Assembly: GCA_002269645.1 (NCBI GenBank)
Contig: NIVC01000616.1
Location: 124,001 to 188,000 of the forward strand
Origin: Macrostomum lignano
Lineage: Eukaryota
DNA length: 64,000 bases
Direction: 5' to 3'
The position numbers and the translations under genes were made by a program. Positions 50,656-63,736 of this stretch are shown here, piece by piece (the stretch's first letter is position 1; each line of letters starts with the position of its first letter). Under the pieces are notes generated by a model. The model saw only the letters and a program-made list of their open reading frames with translations. It had not been told where the DNA came from and did no database searches.

Positions 50656-53600
50656 TCCTATATACTAAAAATGAGTTGTCTGTATGTGGGTAGGTATGCG
50701 ATAGATTTCGGAAAAAATGGCTCAACCGATTTTCTTCAAACTTGCACCATTCGATCAGAAATTTTCCTGGGACGGTACATGCATCTTGGCTAAGAAATTG
50801 CTCAATTTTAAAGGGATTAAATATTCGAAAAACATGCTTTTTTGCAAAGGTCAAGCAAAATTTTCGACTTGAAATGCATTGTAAGAATGCTAGAGAAAAA
50901 ACTGACTGGTTGAATTCTGATTCTGAAATAGATTACATCATAACTGAATTGTAACTCCGACTTGAATTGCGTCACAGTATTGAAAATGCAGTGTGGAAGC
51001 GTAGCACTGCAGACTTGATTTAGATTGCGCAACAATATTGTTAACTGATACTGACTGACTGAGAAATTGATTATGTAATAACTGCCTCGTGTGATTTACT
51101 CTATGCTTGGAGTTTTGAAACTTATAATTATAAGTGCTGAATTCATGTTATCAAAACGATGAGAGCTAGCCTAGAGGTAAACAGACTGAACTGTTAAATG
51201 CAGAAACGATGGTTCGAATTTTTAGAGAGTAGAGTTTTTTTAATTAAAGCTTTTTAACGCCAAGAAATCATAGAAGCGTCATGTAAAAAATCGTGGAAGT
51301 GTCATGTAAAAAATCGTGGAAGCATCATGTAAAAAGCATAGAAGCGTCATGTAAAAAATCATAGAAGCGTCATGTAAACAATCATAGAAGCGTCATGTAA
51401 ACAATCATAGAAGCGTCATGTAAACAATCATAGAAGCGTCATGTAAAAAATCGTAGAAGCGTCATGAAAAAATCATTAAAGCGTCATGTAAAAATCATAG
51501 AAGAGTCATGTAAAAAATCATAGAAGCATCGTGTAAACAATCATAGAAGCGTCATGTAAAAAATCGTAAGAGCGTAATATAAAAATCATAGAAGCGTCAT
51601 TTAAAAAATCATAGAGGCGTCATATAAAAATCAAAAAAACGTCATTTAAAAAATCATAGAAGCGTCATGTAAACAATCATAGAAGCGTCATGTAAACAAT
51701 CATAGAAGCGTCATGTAAAAAATCGTGGAAGTGTCATGTAAAAAATCGTGGAAGCATCATGTAAAAAGCATAGAAGCGTCATGTAAAAAATCATAGAAGC
51801 GTCATGTAAACAATCATAGAAGCGTCATGTAAACAATCATAGAAGCGTCATGTAAACAATCATAGAAGCGTCATGTAAAAAATCGTAGAAGCGTCATGAA
51901 AAAATCATTAAAGCGTCATGTAAAAATCATAGAAGAGTCATGTAAAAAATCATAGAAGCATCGTGTAAACAATCATAGAAGCGTCATGTAAAAAATCGTA
52001 AGAGCGTAATATAAAAATCATAGAAGCGTCATTTAAAAAATCATAGAGGCGTCATATAAAAATCAAAAAAACGTCATTTAAAAAATCATAGAAGCGTCAT
52101 GTAAACAATCATAGAAGCGTCATGTAAACAATCATAGAAGCGTCATGTAAAAAATCATAGAAGCGTCATGTAAACAATCATGGAAGCGTCATGTAAACAA
52201 TCATAGAAGCGTAATGTAAAAATCATAGTAGCGTCATGTAAAAAATCATAGAAGCGTCATGTAAAAAGCATAGAAGCGTCATGTAAACAATCATAGAAGC
52301 GTCATGTAAACAATCATAGAAGCGTCATGTAAAAATCATAGAGGTGTCATGTAAAAATCATAGAGGTGTCATGTAAAAATCATTGAAGCGTCCTGCAGAA
52401 ATCGTAGAAGCGTCATGAAATAATCATAGAAGCGTCATGTAAAAAATCAAAGAAGCGTCATGTAAAAAATCATAGAAGCGTCATGTAAAAAATCATAGAA
52501 GCATCGTGTAAACAATCATAGAAGCGTCATGTAAAAAATCATAGAAGCGTCATGTAAAAAATCATAGAAGCGTCATATAAACAATCATAGAAGCGTCATG
52601 TAAACAATCATAGAAGCGTCATGTAAAAATCATCGAGGCGTCATGTAAAAATCATAGAAGCGTCATGTAAAAAATCATAGAAGCGTCATGTAAAAAATCA
52701 TAGAAGCATCGTGTAAACAATCATAGAAGCGTCATGTAAAAAATCATAGAAGCGTCATGTAAAAAATCATAGAAGCGTCATCTAAAACATCATAAAAGCG
52801 TCATGTAAAAAATCGTAGAAGCGTCATTTAAAAAATCATAGAAGCGTCATATAAACAATCATAGAAGCGTCATGTAAACAATCATAGAAGCGCCATGTAA
52901 ACAATCATAGAAGCGCCATGTAAACAATCATAGAAGCTTCATGTAAACAATCATAGAAGCGTCATGTAAACAATCATAGAAGCGTCATGTAAAAAATCGT
53001 GGAAGTGTCATGTACAAAATCGTGGAAGCATCATGTAAAAAGCATAGAAGCGTCATGTAAAAAATCATAGAAGCGTCATGTAAACAATCATAGAAGCGTC
53101 ATGTAAACAATCATAGAAGCGTCATGTAAACAATCATAGAAGCGTCATGTAAAAAATCGTAGAAGCGTCATGAAAAAATCATTAAAGCGTCATGTAAAAA
53201 TCATAGAAGAGTCATGTAAAAAATCATAGAAGCATCGTGTAAACAATCATAGAAGCGTCATGTAAAAAATCGTAAGAGCGTAATATAAAAATCATAGAAG
53301 CGTCATTTAAAAAATCATAGAGGCGTCATATAAAAATCAAAAAAACGTCATTTAAAAAATCATAGAAGCGTCATGTAAACAATCATAGAAGCGTCATGTA
53401 AACAATCATAGAAGCGTCATGTAAAAAATCATAGAAGCGTCATGTAAACAATCATGGAAGCGTCATGTAAACAATCATAGAAGCGTAATGTAAAAATCAT
53501 AGTAGCGTCATGTAAAAAATCATAGAAGCGTCATGTAAAAAGCATAGAAGCGTCATGTAAACAATCATAGAAGCGTCATGTAAACAATCATAGAAGCGTC

Positions 53601-56600
53601 ATGTAAAAATCATAGAGGTGTCATGTAAAAATCATTGAAGCGTCCTGCAGAAATCGTAGAAGCGTCATGAAATAATCATAGAAGCGTCATGTAAAAAATC
53701 AAAGAAGCGTCATGTAAAAAATCATAGAAGCGTCATGTAAAAAATCATAGAAGCATCGTGTAAACAATCATAGAAGCGTCATGTAAAAAATCATAGAAGC
53801 GTCATGTAAAAAATCATAGAAGCGTCATATAAACAATCATAGAAGCGTCATGTAAACAATCATAGAAGCGTCATATAAAAATCATAGAAGCGTCATGTAA
53901 AAATCATAGAAGCGTCATGTAAAAAATCATAGAAGCGTCATGTAAAAAATCATAGAAGCATCGTGTAAACAATCATAGAAGCGTCATGTAAAAAATCATA
54001 GAAGCGTCATGTAAAAAATCATAGAAGCGTCATCTAAAACATCATAGAAGCGTCATGTAAAAAATCATAGAAGCGTCATGTAAAAAATCATAGAAGCATC
54101 GTGTAAACAATCATAGAAGCGTCATGTAAACAATCATAGAAGCGCCATGTAAACAATCATAGAAGCTTCATGTAAACAATCATAGAAGCGTCATGTAAAC
54201 AATCATAGAAGAGTCATGTAAAAAATCATAGAAGCGTCATGTAAAAAATAATAGAAGCGTCGTGTAAACAATCATAGAAGCGTCATGTAAACAATCAGAG
54301 AAGCGTCATGTAAAAAATCATAAAAGAGTCATGTAAAAAATCGTAGAAGCGTCATATAAAAATCATAGAAGCGTCATTTAAAAAATCATAGAAGCGTCAT
54401 GTAAACAATCATAGAAGCGTCATGTAAACAATCATGGAAGCGTCATGTAAGAAATCATAGAAGCGTCATGTAAAAAATCGTAGAAGTGTCATGTAAAAAA
54501 TCGTGGAAGCATCATGTAAAAAGCATAGAAGTGTCATGTAAAAAATAATAGAAGCGTCGTGTAAACAATCATAGAAGCGTCATGTAAACAATCAGAGAAG
54601 CGTCATGTAAAAAATCATAAAGAGTCATGTAAAAAATCGTAGAAGCGTCATATAAAAATCATAGAAGCGTCATTTAAAAAATCATAGAAGCGTCATGTAA
54701 ACAATCATAGAAGCGTCATGTAAACAATCATAGAAGCGTTATGTAAACAATCATGGAAGCGTCATGTAAACAATCATAGAAGCGTAATGTAAAAATCATA
54801 GTAGCGTCATGTAAAAAATCATAGAAGCGTCATGTAAAAAGCATAGAAGCGTCATGTAAACAATCATAGAAGCGTCATGTAAACAATCATAGAAGCGTCA
54901 TGTAAAAATCATAGAGGTGTCATGTAAAAATCATTGAAGCGTCCTGCAGAAATCGTAGAAGCGTCATGAAATAATCATAGAAGCGTCATGTAAAAAATCA
55001 AAGAAGCGTCATGTAAAAAATCATAGAAGCATCGTGTAAACAATCATAGAAGCGTCATGTAAAAAATCGTAAGAGCGTAATAAAAAAATCATAGAAGCGT
55101 CATCTAAAACATCATAAAAGCGTCATGTAAAAAATCGTAGAAGCGTCATTTAAAAAATCATAGAAGCGTCATATAAACAATCATAGAAGCGCCATGTAAA
55201 CAATCATAGAAGCGCCATGTAAAAATCATAGAAGCATCGTGTAAACAATCATAGAAGCGTCATGTAAAAAATCGTAAGAGCGTAATATAAAAATCATAGA
55301 AGCGTCATTTAAAAAATCATAGAAGCGTCATGTAAACAATCATAGAAGCGTCATGTAAACAATCATAGAAGCGTCATGTTAAAAATCATAGAAGCGTCAT
55401 GTAAAAAATCATAGAAGCGTCATGTAAACAATCATAGAAGCGTCATTTTAAAAATCATAGAAGCGTCATGTTAAAAATCATATAAGCGTCATGTAAACAA
55501 TCATCGAAGCGTCATCTAAAAATCATAGAAGCGTCATGTAAAAAATCATAGAATCGTCATGAAAAAATCATAGAAGCGTCATTTAAAAACTAATGAAAGT
55601 GTCATTTAAAAAATTAAGAAGCGTCACGGTAGAATAAAAGAAACGTCATGTCAGACATGAAGGGTTCATGTAAAAATTAAATGCAGTTATAATGCTGTGC
55701 TGGGGAGAAAAACTGAGACGTAAAGGCTCTCAGAGAATAACTGAGATTACGGGGGGGGTTTCTGAGATGTCAAAGCAAAAGTCAGAAGCTACTTCAAAGT
55801 TCATGTACTTTACTCAATTTTTTTTATTGCATTCTTTGTTGGCTCGCCACGGGAGGCGCTGATAGAAGCAGAGTCATGTAAAAAATAAAAGTAGCACTAT
55901 GTATACATATAAGAAAAGTCATGTCGAAGTTAAAAGATTCATTTGGGAATTGCTACGATGTCAAAGCTAGGTGGAAATCGTTATAGTGCTGTGATTCTTA
56001 AAGAAGGAATCACTAAAATGTCAAGGCTTAGGGGAGAAGAATTGCTGAGATTTCAAGGCTTTATGTTGGGTTAAAGTTAGGTTTAGGTCAGGTGTGGGTT
56101 GAGGGTTATATTTTATCGAGTTTCAAGGTTAGCAGGGGATTTTTCAGATTTCAAGGTTTATGGGCGCCATCGCTGACATGTTAAGGCTTACGGGGGAATA
56201 GCTGAGATGTCAAGGCTCACGGGGGTATAAATGAGATTTCAAGGCTAAAGTCAGAAGCTACATGTAGTTTATTGAAAACTTTTTATTACATTATTTGATG
56301 CCTCCTCAGGGGAGGGATCGCTGATTAAAAAAGCGTAATGTAAAAAATAAAAGAAGCTTCATGTCGAAGTTAAGATATTCATTTGGGAATCCCTACGATG
56401 TCGAGGCTTGCAGGGAATCGCTATAATGCTGTAGTAGTGCTATAATGACTCTTAAAGAGAATTACTGAAATTTCAATGCTTTAGGGTTAGGTTAGGGTTA
56501 GGGTTAGAAGGTTGACAGATATTTTTAGATTTCCAAGGCTTATTGGGGGCATGGCTGAGATGTCAAGGGGGGAAGTTGATATGTTAAAGCTTGTGGGGGG

Positions 56601-56730
56601 GAATTACTGACATGTCAAGGCTTACAAGGTTTGATAGGAGATTTTTTAAGATTTCAAGGATACATGTAGCTTATTAAAAAAACGTGTATTGCATTTCTTT
56701 GGCTCCCCAACGGGGGGCGTAGATTGCTAG
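50656..56730 (+). mobile_element. Helitron-like unit 3
   Basis: Starts TCCTATATACTAAAAATGAG directly after CTAG. Ends with hairpin GCTCCCC-AAC-GGGGGGC, then GATTGCTAG|T at 56730. Confidence 0.75.
51268..55650. repeat. 23-bp satellite ATCATAGAAGCGTCATGTAAA(C/A)A with higher-order structure
   Basis: Period 23 (51381, 51404); the variant block TCGTGGAAGTGTC recurs at 51291, 51723 and 52997. Confidence 0.95.
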
Positions 56731-57020
56731 TCTTGAAACTGTTTTTGGAATTGTTAATTTGAGTTTCAGACTCGCCTTTTCATCTTTTCTGATCCCTCCG
56801 CACGAGTAATAAAAGTACAACATACTCTCTGCCGCGTGACTAATCTGCTCACCCAACCCCATCGCTTTCGACAAATCAAATTTACACATGTACTCGTAAT
56901 TAACACAGCGTGAAATTAAGAGGGCGTAATTTTCATGTCTCCTAAAAGCAGCTTCTTTCACAACTCCGACAGTTATATCTCTGACAAGCTTAGGGCTAGG
57001 GAAAGGTTTCTAACTTGATT

Positions 57021-57778
57021 TGTCGGAGATATGACGTGTCGGAGATATGAGGTGTCGGAGATATGACGTGTCGGAGATATGAGGTGTCGGAGATATTAGA
57101 TGTCGGAGATATTAGATGTCGGAGATATGAAGTGTCAAAGATGTAAAGAGTCAGAGATTTGAGGTGTCGGAGATATGAAGTGTCAGAGATATGAGGTGTC
57201 GGAGATATGAGGTGTCAGAGATGTAAAGAGTCAGAGATATGAGGTGTCGGAGATATGAGGTGTCAGAGTAATGACGTGTCGGAGATATGAGGTGTCGGAG
57301 ATATGAGGTGTCGGAGATATGAGGTGTCAGAGTAATGACGTGTTGGAGATATGAGGTGTCGGAGATATGAAGTGTCGGAGATATGAAGTGTCGGAGATAT
57401 GAGGTGTCGGAGATATGAGGTGTCGGAGATATGAAGTGTCAGAGAAATGAAGTGTCAGAGATATGAGGTGTCGGAGATATGAGGTGTCGGAGATATGAGG
57501 TGTCGGAGATATGAGGTGTCGGAGATGTAAAGAGTCAGAGATGTAAAGAGTCAGAGATATGAGGTGTCGGAGATATGAAGTGTCAGAGATATGACGTGTT
57601 GGAGATATGAAGTGTCGGAGATATGAAGTGTCAGAGAAATGAAGTGTCAGAGATATGAGGTGTCGGAGATATGAAGTGTCAGAGATATGAGGTGTCGGAG
57701 ATATGAGGTGTCGGAGATATGAGGTGTCGGAGATATGAGGTGTCGGAGATGTAAAGAGTCAGAGATATGAGGTGTCGT
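57021..57778. repeat. 16-bp minisatellite TGTCGGAGATATGAGG
   Basis: Period 16 (57021, 57037); an inverted copy lies at about 56961-56986. Confidence 0.95.
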
Positions 57779-58375
57779 ACCTTAACCGCTTGTACGCATT
57801 TCATCACGTGACTACTTTCCATCTCTATTTTCTATCCACCTCCCCCTTATCTTTGTATTAGAGCGTGAAATAAGTGTGGAGTGGATTTATGGCATGGCAT
57901 CTGTGCTGGGAAAATGCACTCTGACTCTACCATAGGACTGCTACCAAACCAAAGCAGGGCTTTGTAATTTGTAAATTGTCGATTCTAACAGGAACATTAA
58001 GTCATGAATGTACATTTTTTGAAGGCGGCTTCTTCGGCTGAACTCACCCAGTGTGTCAGTGTACACTGCCGGGGAGGGGTTTTGGGGTGGCGGGTGCGGG
58101 GGACCCCAATGTGCGCCAGGCCCCCTGTGGAGGAAGGATAGAGAGGGGCGAAGTTCAACAAGCCGCTACAATAAACGCCTTACAAAGGCAGGCAGCAGGA
58201 AGGACAAGTTCAACCCAATGAGGTTGGTTGTGTATTATCAGGCCGTTAATAGTTAGGGCAGCAGGCTTTAGGCTCTGGCTTCGCTCTCAGCAAGACAGAT
58301 ACATAAACCTGCCCATACCTTGGCCAGTCAGAAATTCAGAAATTCAGAATTCAGAAATTTAGTCAGAGAAAAATA

Positions 58376-61300
58376 ATGCAAGCACTTTATCTCGGCTTAG
58401 TCATCGCTCCCCTGTTGTGGACCGGCTGCTCCGCTACCACACTGTACTACCGGCCACTGCCACAGAGCTACTACAAGCCAGCACGAGATGCCGCCTGCAA
58501 CCTGTCTCTGGTAGAAAGCATACCTGAAAATCTCACCTATCCTAATTCTACAGCGCCGAAGCACTTGAGCACCTATGCCGCCTACCGATTCTTGGTTGGG
58601 AGTGCAGTTAATGAGCTCAAGGTCGCCTCGCTATACTGGAGCCTCAGGGGTCCGGATATTATGCAGAATCCGGGACATCTGGCTGCTGAGGTAATTTTCT
58701 ATCTAGCATATGAACCGGAATTCAAAATCTAAGAAAGCATATGACTGGCATGACCCTTTGAACTCCCCTGGATGGCTCCCCGTTCTAGCTAAAATATAAT
58801 TTCGAATATCAGGGGGCAGTGTCCCCCGTCTCCACGTCATTTCCTCTGCCCCACGCTCCAATTTCAAAGTTTCACCCCCTCCCTCCCACTCCATAGTCGC
58901 TAATATTATTTAACCATGATAAGAAGTGACAGACATTCCTGCATCGCAGGTCCAAAGTGCCATGGTAGCAACTTAGTGGCTACAAATGCATTTCTGACAA
59001 AAATATCGATTTTTTTCAACTTCTGCAGGGTGAGGAGCTCCTAGCAGCTCTGGTGAAGCGCAGCCAGCAGCTGCCAGTTCGCATTGTGAACAACATCGGC
59101 GGCCTGGCATTCAACCACAGCGACCTGCAGCTGCTGGCCCGCCAGCCCAAAGTCAGCTTGGCGTGGCTGAATGTCACCGGCCTGCTGGGGAGCGGAGTGC
59201 AGCACGCCAAGCTGATGCTGGCTGATGGACAACACGGATACGTGGGCAGCTCAAACATTGACTGGAGATCCTTGACTCAGGTGAGGCACAGCCCCAGCAT
59301 TGACTGGAGGTCCTTGACTCAGGTGAGGCACAGCCCCAGCATTGACTGGAGGTCCTTGACTCAGGTGAGGCACAGCCCCAGCATTGACTGGAGGTCCTTG
59401 ACTCAGGTGAGGCACAGCCCCAGCATTGACTGGAGGTCCTTGACTCAGGTGAGGCACAGCCCCAGCATTGACTGGAGGTCCTTGACTCAGGTGAGGCACA
59501 GCCCCAGCATTGACTGGAGATCCTTGACTCAGGTGAGGCACAGCTCCAACATTGACTGGAGGTCCTTTAGTCTTGTTTTCCATGATTCTGAGTTCCAAGT
59601 TCCAGCTATTCCCAATAATCTCTCAGGTCTCAGCAGTAATCCACCAGATCTTTCGAAATGTCCCCACCAGACTTCTTTAGCACTCAACTCTAAAAGGCCA
59701 TTAAGCCCAACAGTGCACAAACGCTGATCCGCAGGTGAAGGAGCTGGGTCTGCTAATGACTGGCTGCCCCAGCCTAGTGCGCGAGCTGGACAAAATCTTC
59801 GAGGCCTTTTGGCTGACTGCCAGCGAGAACCAGGTGCCCCACAGCTGGCCGGAGAACCTCACGGCCAGCATCAATGCCAGCCACCCGCTTGTGACCTCGA
59901 TCGGAGACTACAAGTATTCCATCTACCTAGGGGTGAGATTTCCATCTGCTCGGTTTGAAATTCAAAATCTACTCAAGTGACATTAATAATGTACTCAAGT
60001 GAAATTGAGAATGTACTCAAGTGAGATCGATAATGTACGCAAGTGAGATCGATAATGTACTAAAGTGCGATTAAGAATGTACTAAAGTGTGATTGATAAT
60101 GTACTCAAGTGGGATTCAGAATGTACTCAAGTGAGATTGATAATGTACTCAAGTGGGATTCAGAATGTACTCGAGTGAGATTGATAATGTATTCAAGTGA
60201 GATTGAGAATGTACTCAAGTGAGATTGATAATGTACTCAAGTGAGATTGAGAATGTACTCAAGTGAGATTGAGAATGTACTCAAGTGAGATTGATAATGT
60301 ACTCAAGTGAGATTGAGAATGTACTCAAGTGAGATTGAGAATGTACTCAAGTGAGATTGATAATGTACTCAAGTGAGATTGAGAATGAAGTAAAGTGTGA
60401 TTGCGAATGTACTCAAGTGAGATTCCCCCTTCCTTAGATGTCCCCCGCCCCGCTGACGCCGCCGCGCTGGTCGCGCGACATTGACGCCATAGTGAGCGCC
60501 ATTCTGTCAGCGCGCAGTTTTGTCCACGTCGCTGTGATGGACTACGAAGCTGAGCTCTCGGACGGCCACTCGCACAGCTACTGGGGCAACATCGACAACG
60601 CCCTGCGGACTGCCGCCTTCAATGGCGTCAAAGTGCGCTTCCTGTTGTCGTACTGGAAGCATTCAAACAAATTCAATGAGCTGTTCCTCAAATCTCTCAC
60701 CGTCCTCAACACCAGCAGCACCTTTATTGAAGGGGTGAGTGGCTAAGCACTGGAGGCAGTTCTCAGGGCCTTCGTTTAATCCGAAGCCTTGGTTATGATT
60801 ATCCACATCCCGATCCCGATTCCACATCCTGATCCCGATTCCACATCCTGATCCCGATTCCACATCCTGATCCCGATTCCACATCCTGATCCCGATTCCA
60901 CATCCTGATCCTGATTTAACATCCTGATCCCGATTCCACATCCTGATCCCGATTCCACATCCTGATCCCGATTCAACATCCTGATCCCGATTCAACATCC
61001 TGATCCCGATTCAACATCCTGATCCCGATTCCACATCCTGATCCCGATTCCACATCCTGATCCCGATTCCACATCCTGATCCCGATTACACACTCTTATC
61101 CCGATTCAACATCCTGATCGCGATTACACACTCTGATCCCGATTCAACATCCTGATCCCGATTCCACATCCTGATCCCGATTCCACATCCTGATCCTGAT
61201 TTCACATCCTGATCCCGATTCCACATCCTGATCCCGATTCCACATCCTGATCCTGATTTAACATCCTGATCCCGATTCCACATCCTGATCCCGATTCCAC

Positions 61301-62024
61301 CTTATCCGAGTTCTAATTCGTTATCCCAAAACCTCCATCCGGATGTCAGATGTTTGTAAAAGCCAAAAATTGATTTTCTCAAGTCAAACGCTCCTCATTA
61401 TTCCGTCGTTTTCTCCGCAGAAATTTTTCAAAGTTCCGATTTACACGAAGGAGCAGCGCAGCATTCCGTACGCCAGGGTGAACCACAACAAGTACATGGT
61501 CACCGAGGATACCGCCGTCATCTGTGAGTTCTGGACTTTTTGAGACGAGTTGAAATAGTTTCGGTAAAAAAGCCTTCAACTCGCCCAGATGATGGGGCTA
61601 TTTTGAAACCATCGAGAAGCTTTCAGCACTCTCTGCAGAGAATCGCCCCTCAGTCACCCCAGGGAATCGCCCCTCAGCCACCCCAGAGAATCGCCCCTCA
61701 GTCACCCCAGGGAATCGCCCCTCAGCCACCCCAGAGAATCGCCCCTCAAAACTTCAAACAAGAAGCCGACTAGCGCGATTTCAGTTCCGACTCTCTTGAA
61801 CGCTTTTTAAGTGCGCAACCCGTCCGCCCGCAGGCACATCCAATTGGCAGGGCTCATACTTCACGTACACTACCGGGGTGGCTGCCAGCATCACGCTGCT
61901 GTCTGAGTCTGTCAGTGGCTTCCAGCACCAGCAGCCGCAGCCGTCCATTGTCAAACAGGTGCAGGATGTGTTCTGGCGCGACTGGACCTCTGAGTATGCT
62001 CACGACCGCGTGCCTAAAATGTGA
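58376..62024 (+). CDS. PLD3: PLD3/PLD4-family phospholipase D-like 5'-3' exonuclease, about 451 aa, 6 exons
   Basis: Exons 58376-58690, 59029-59280, 59735-59932, 60438-60734, 61421-61523, 61834-62024; all GT-AG and in frame (1356 nt). Motifs LVESIPENL, HAKLMLAD..GSSNIDWRSLTQ|VKELG, RVNHNKYMVTE, TSNW, VFWRDW. Confidence 0.9.
59257..59566 (+). repeat. 42-bp tandem repeat duplicating the PLD3 exon 2 end and splice donor (7 donors)
   Basis: CAG|GTGAGG at 59281, 59323, 59365, 59407, 59449, 59491 and 59533. Confidence 0.95.
59985..60425. repeat. 22-bp intronic minisatellite (PLD3 intron 3)
   Basis: GTGAGATTGAGAATGTACTCAA, period 22. Confidence 0.95.
60803..61300. repeat. 19-bp intronic minisatellite (PLD3 intron 4)
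   Basis: CCACATCCTGATCCCGATT, period 19. Confidence 0.95.
61637..61748. repeat. 24-bp intronic repeat, about 5 copies (PLD3 intron 5)
   Basis: AG(A/G)GAATCGCCCCTCAG(T/C)CACCCC. Confidence 0.9.
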
Positions 62025-62601
62025 GACGGCCGACTCTGAGCCAAGGGCAGGCATGAGACTGCTTTGACTCTGACTCAGCATCTGCCTGGCAATAACAGCT
62101 TGTTTCAGTTTTAGCCCATTGTTTTTAAACTAGATTCTTATTTTCAGGCTCAATATTTACCATTACGAAATTAATACTTATTATAGAATAACAGCATTAC
62201 AATATCCGGTGCAATATTTTTGTCTTATTTAACTGACAATTTAATTTCGCCTTACAAAAAATCAATAAAACAAATTTATGGTCTACTTGAAAAGATGCAG
62301 TAGCAGCTGTCTCCATGGTTATTCACCGTCACGCCAGTTCAAGTCTTCCTGCTTCCTACTTACCGTGAGCCTGCTTGTGAGACTGCTTGTGCATGTACGT
62401 ACTACTGCAAGTAGGCTGCACTGATTTAGGTCAGTAAAGACCCGCTCTAATAACATAAAAGTACTACATGTACAAGTAAAATGAAGGCTTATGTTGAAGT
62501 GTACAGCTGAGCCAAACTCAAGCCGAAGTTGACGAAGCTGCAGACAGTAAAAGCATAAATGTGCACCGATCTTGTGGTATTTCATTCGTTTTCATTTAAG
62601 T

Positions 62602-62882
62602 GGGGGTTGCAGTCTAGTGATAAGAGCCTTGGACTAACGACTGATGAAAGGTCGGGGGCTCGAGGCTCGACCCACTCGGAATAATTCGTGTCCTTGAACA
62701 AGACACTTTTAGCTCTGCATTGCTTCAGCTCACCCAGCCAGCATCATTAGCTGGGGTAATTGAGGGCGCGTGTGGCGACCCCCCAGTCTTTGGACTGAAC
62801 AGCCGTACGCAGCCTTCAGATGCGGCGCGCAATAGCTGCGGCTGAGCTGTCGGTCGCACATCTGCCTAATAGGGCGGGTGTA
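62602..62882 (+). mobile_element. CORE-like tRNA-SINE (copy 3)
   Basis: GTGTCCTTGAACAAGACAC..TGCATTGCTTCAG..GGACTGAACAGCCG..GCAATAGCTGCGG shared with copy 1. Confidence 0.75.
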
Positions 62883-63581
62883 ATAAATTGTTATTGTTAC
62901 TGTTTCGATTATTATTTAAAACAAAAAAATTATTTCACTTTAAAACCTGGTACTTTATGTCGGAATTTTTAAAATGATTTCTTTGCTACACTACTGGAAA
63001 GATTGATTTCCTAAGTAGGTGGGAACAAGACAAGCGACAAGGAGTAGCACTGAATCCCGCCATGGCTAAAAGAAGGCACGCAGCAGAATAAAAAGCTAAG
63101 ACGCGTTCTACGTTTCCATGACAAGGCTATTGAGGAAGCCAGCTGCTGCACTTCATCGCCTCACAGCCTCTCAGAGTCAGCTCTGGCTTGCAATATGGTA
63201 AAACGCTTCGGTTGGGTAACCTGCCAGCCCATGCTACCTGACAAGCGCTGAGCTTCACGCCCACCTGTTGAAGACTATTTTAAAGCTGGGTAGATGAGCT
63301 GAGCTGAGCCAAGAGGAGACGAGAAGAGAAGGAAAGACAAGCATGTCAGACCGGTGATGCTGAGTTAAATTGAAGCTGCAAAGCAAGACAAACAGTGGCT
63401 GAAAAAGGACTGCTTTTGCATACACGGCGCACAAAGTTTATCTAAAGACTGTGATTTCGCTAGCCAGTGAGCAAACTGAAAAGCACCTGTTTGCAGTTAA
63501 TAAGTCTGATTCAAGTTCGCAAACTCAAATGTTGAGCTGATTTTCGCTCAAAGCGCACTGCTTAACCTCCAAAGAGCAGAG

Positions 63582-63736
63582 ATGAGCCAGGTGCGCCTGG
63601 CACTGTCCGACCCCATCAGCAGCTCGGCCGCCCCGACTGTCCGAGAGCCGGCCACGAACCGGGAGAGGCTGGACCAGCTGCAGGCGACTGCGCAGCGCTA
63701 CCGCAAAGTGTTCAATGCGCGACGGGTGGCCTACAA
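63582..63736 (+). CDS. Probable first coding exon of an unidentified gene continuing beyond the window
   Basis: GC-rich open frame MSQVRLALSDPISSSAAPTVREPATNRERLDQLQATAQRYRKVFNARRVAY ending at a strong donor AA|GTAAGT (63737). Confidence 0.45.

Noticed and set aside
59053-59727. 224-aa stand-alone ORF with IDWRSLTQVRHSPS repeats
   Set aside because: It is PLD3 exon 2 read into intron 2; treated under the tandem-donor finding.
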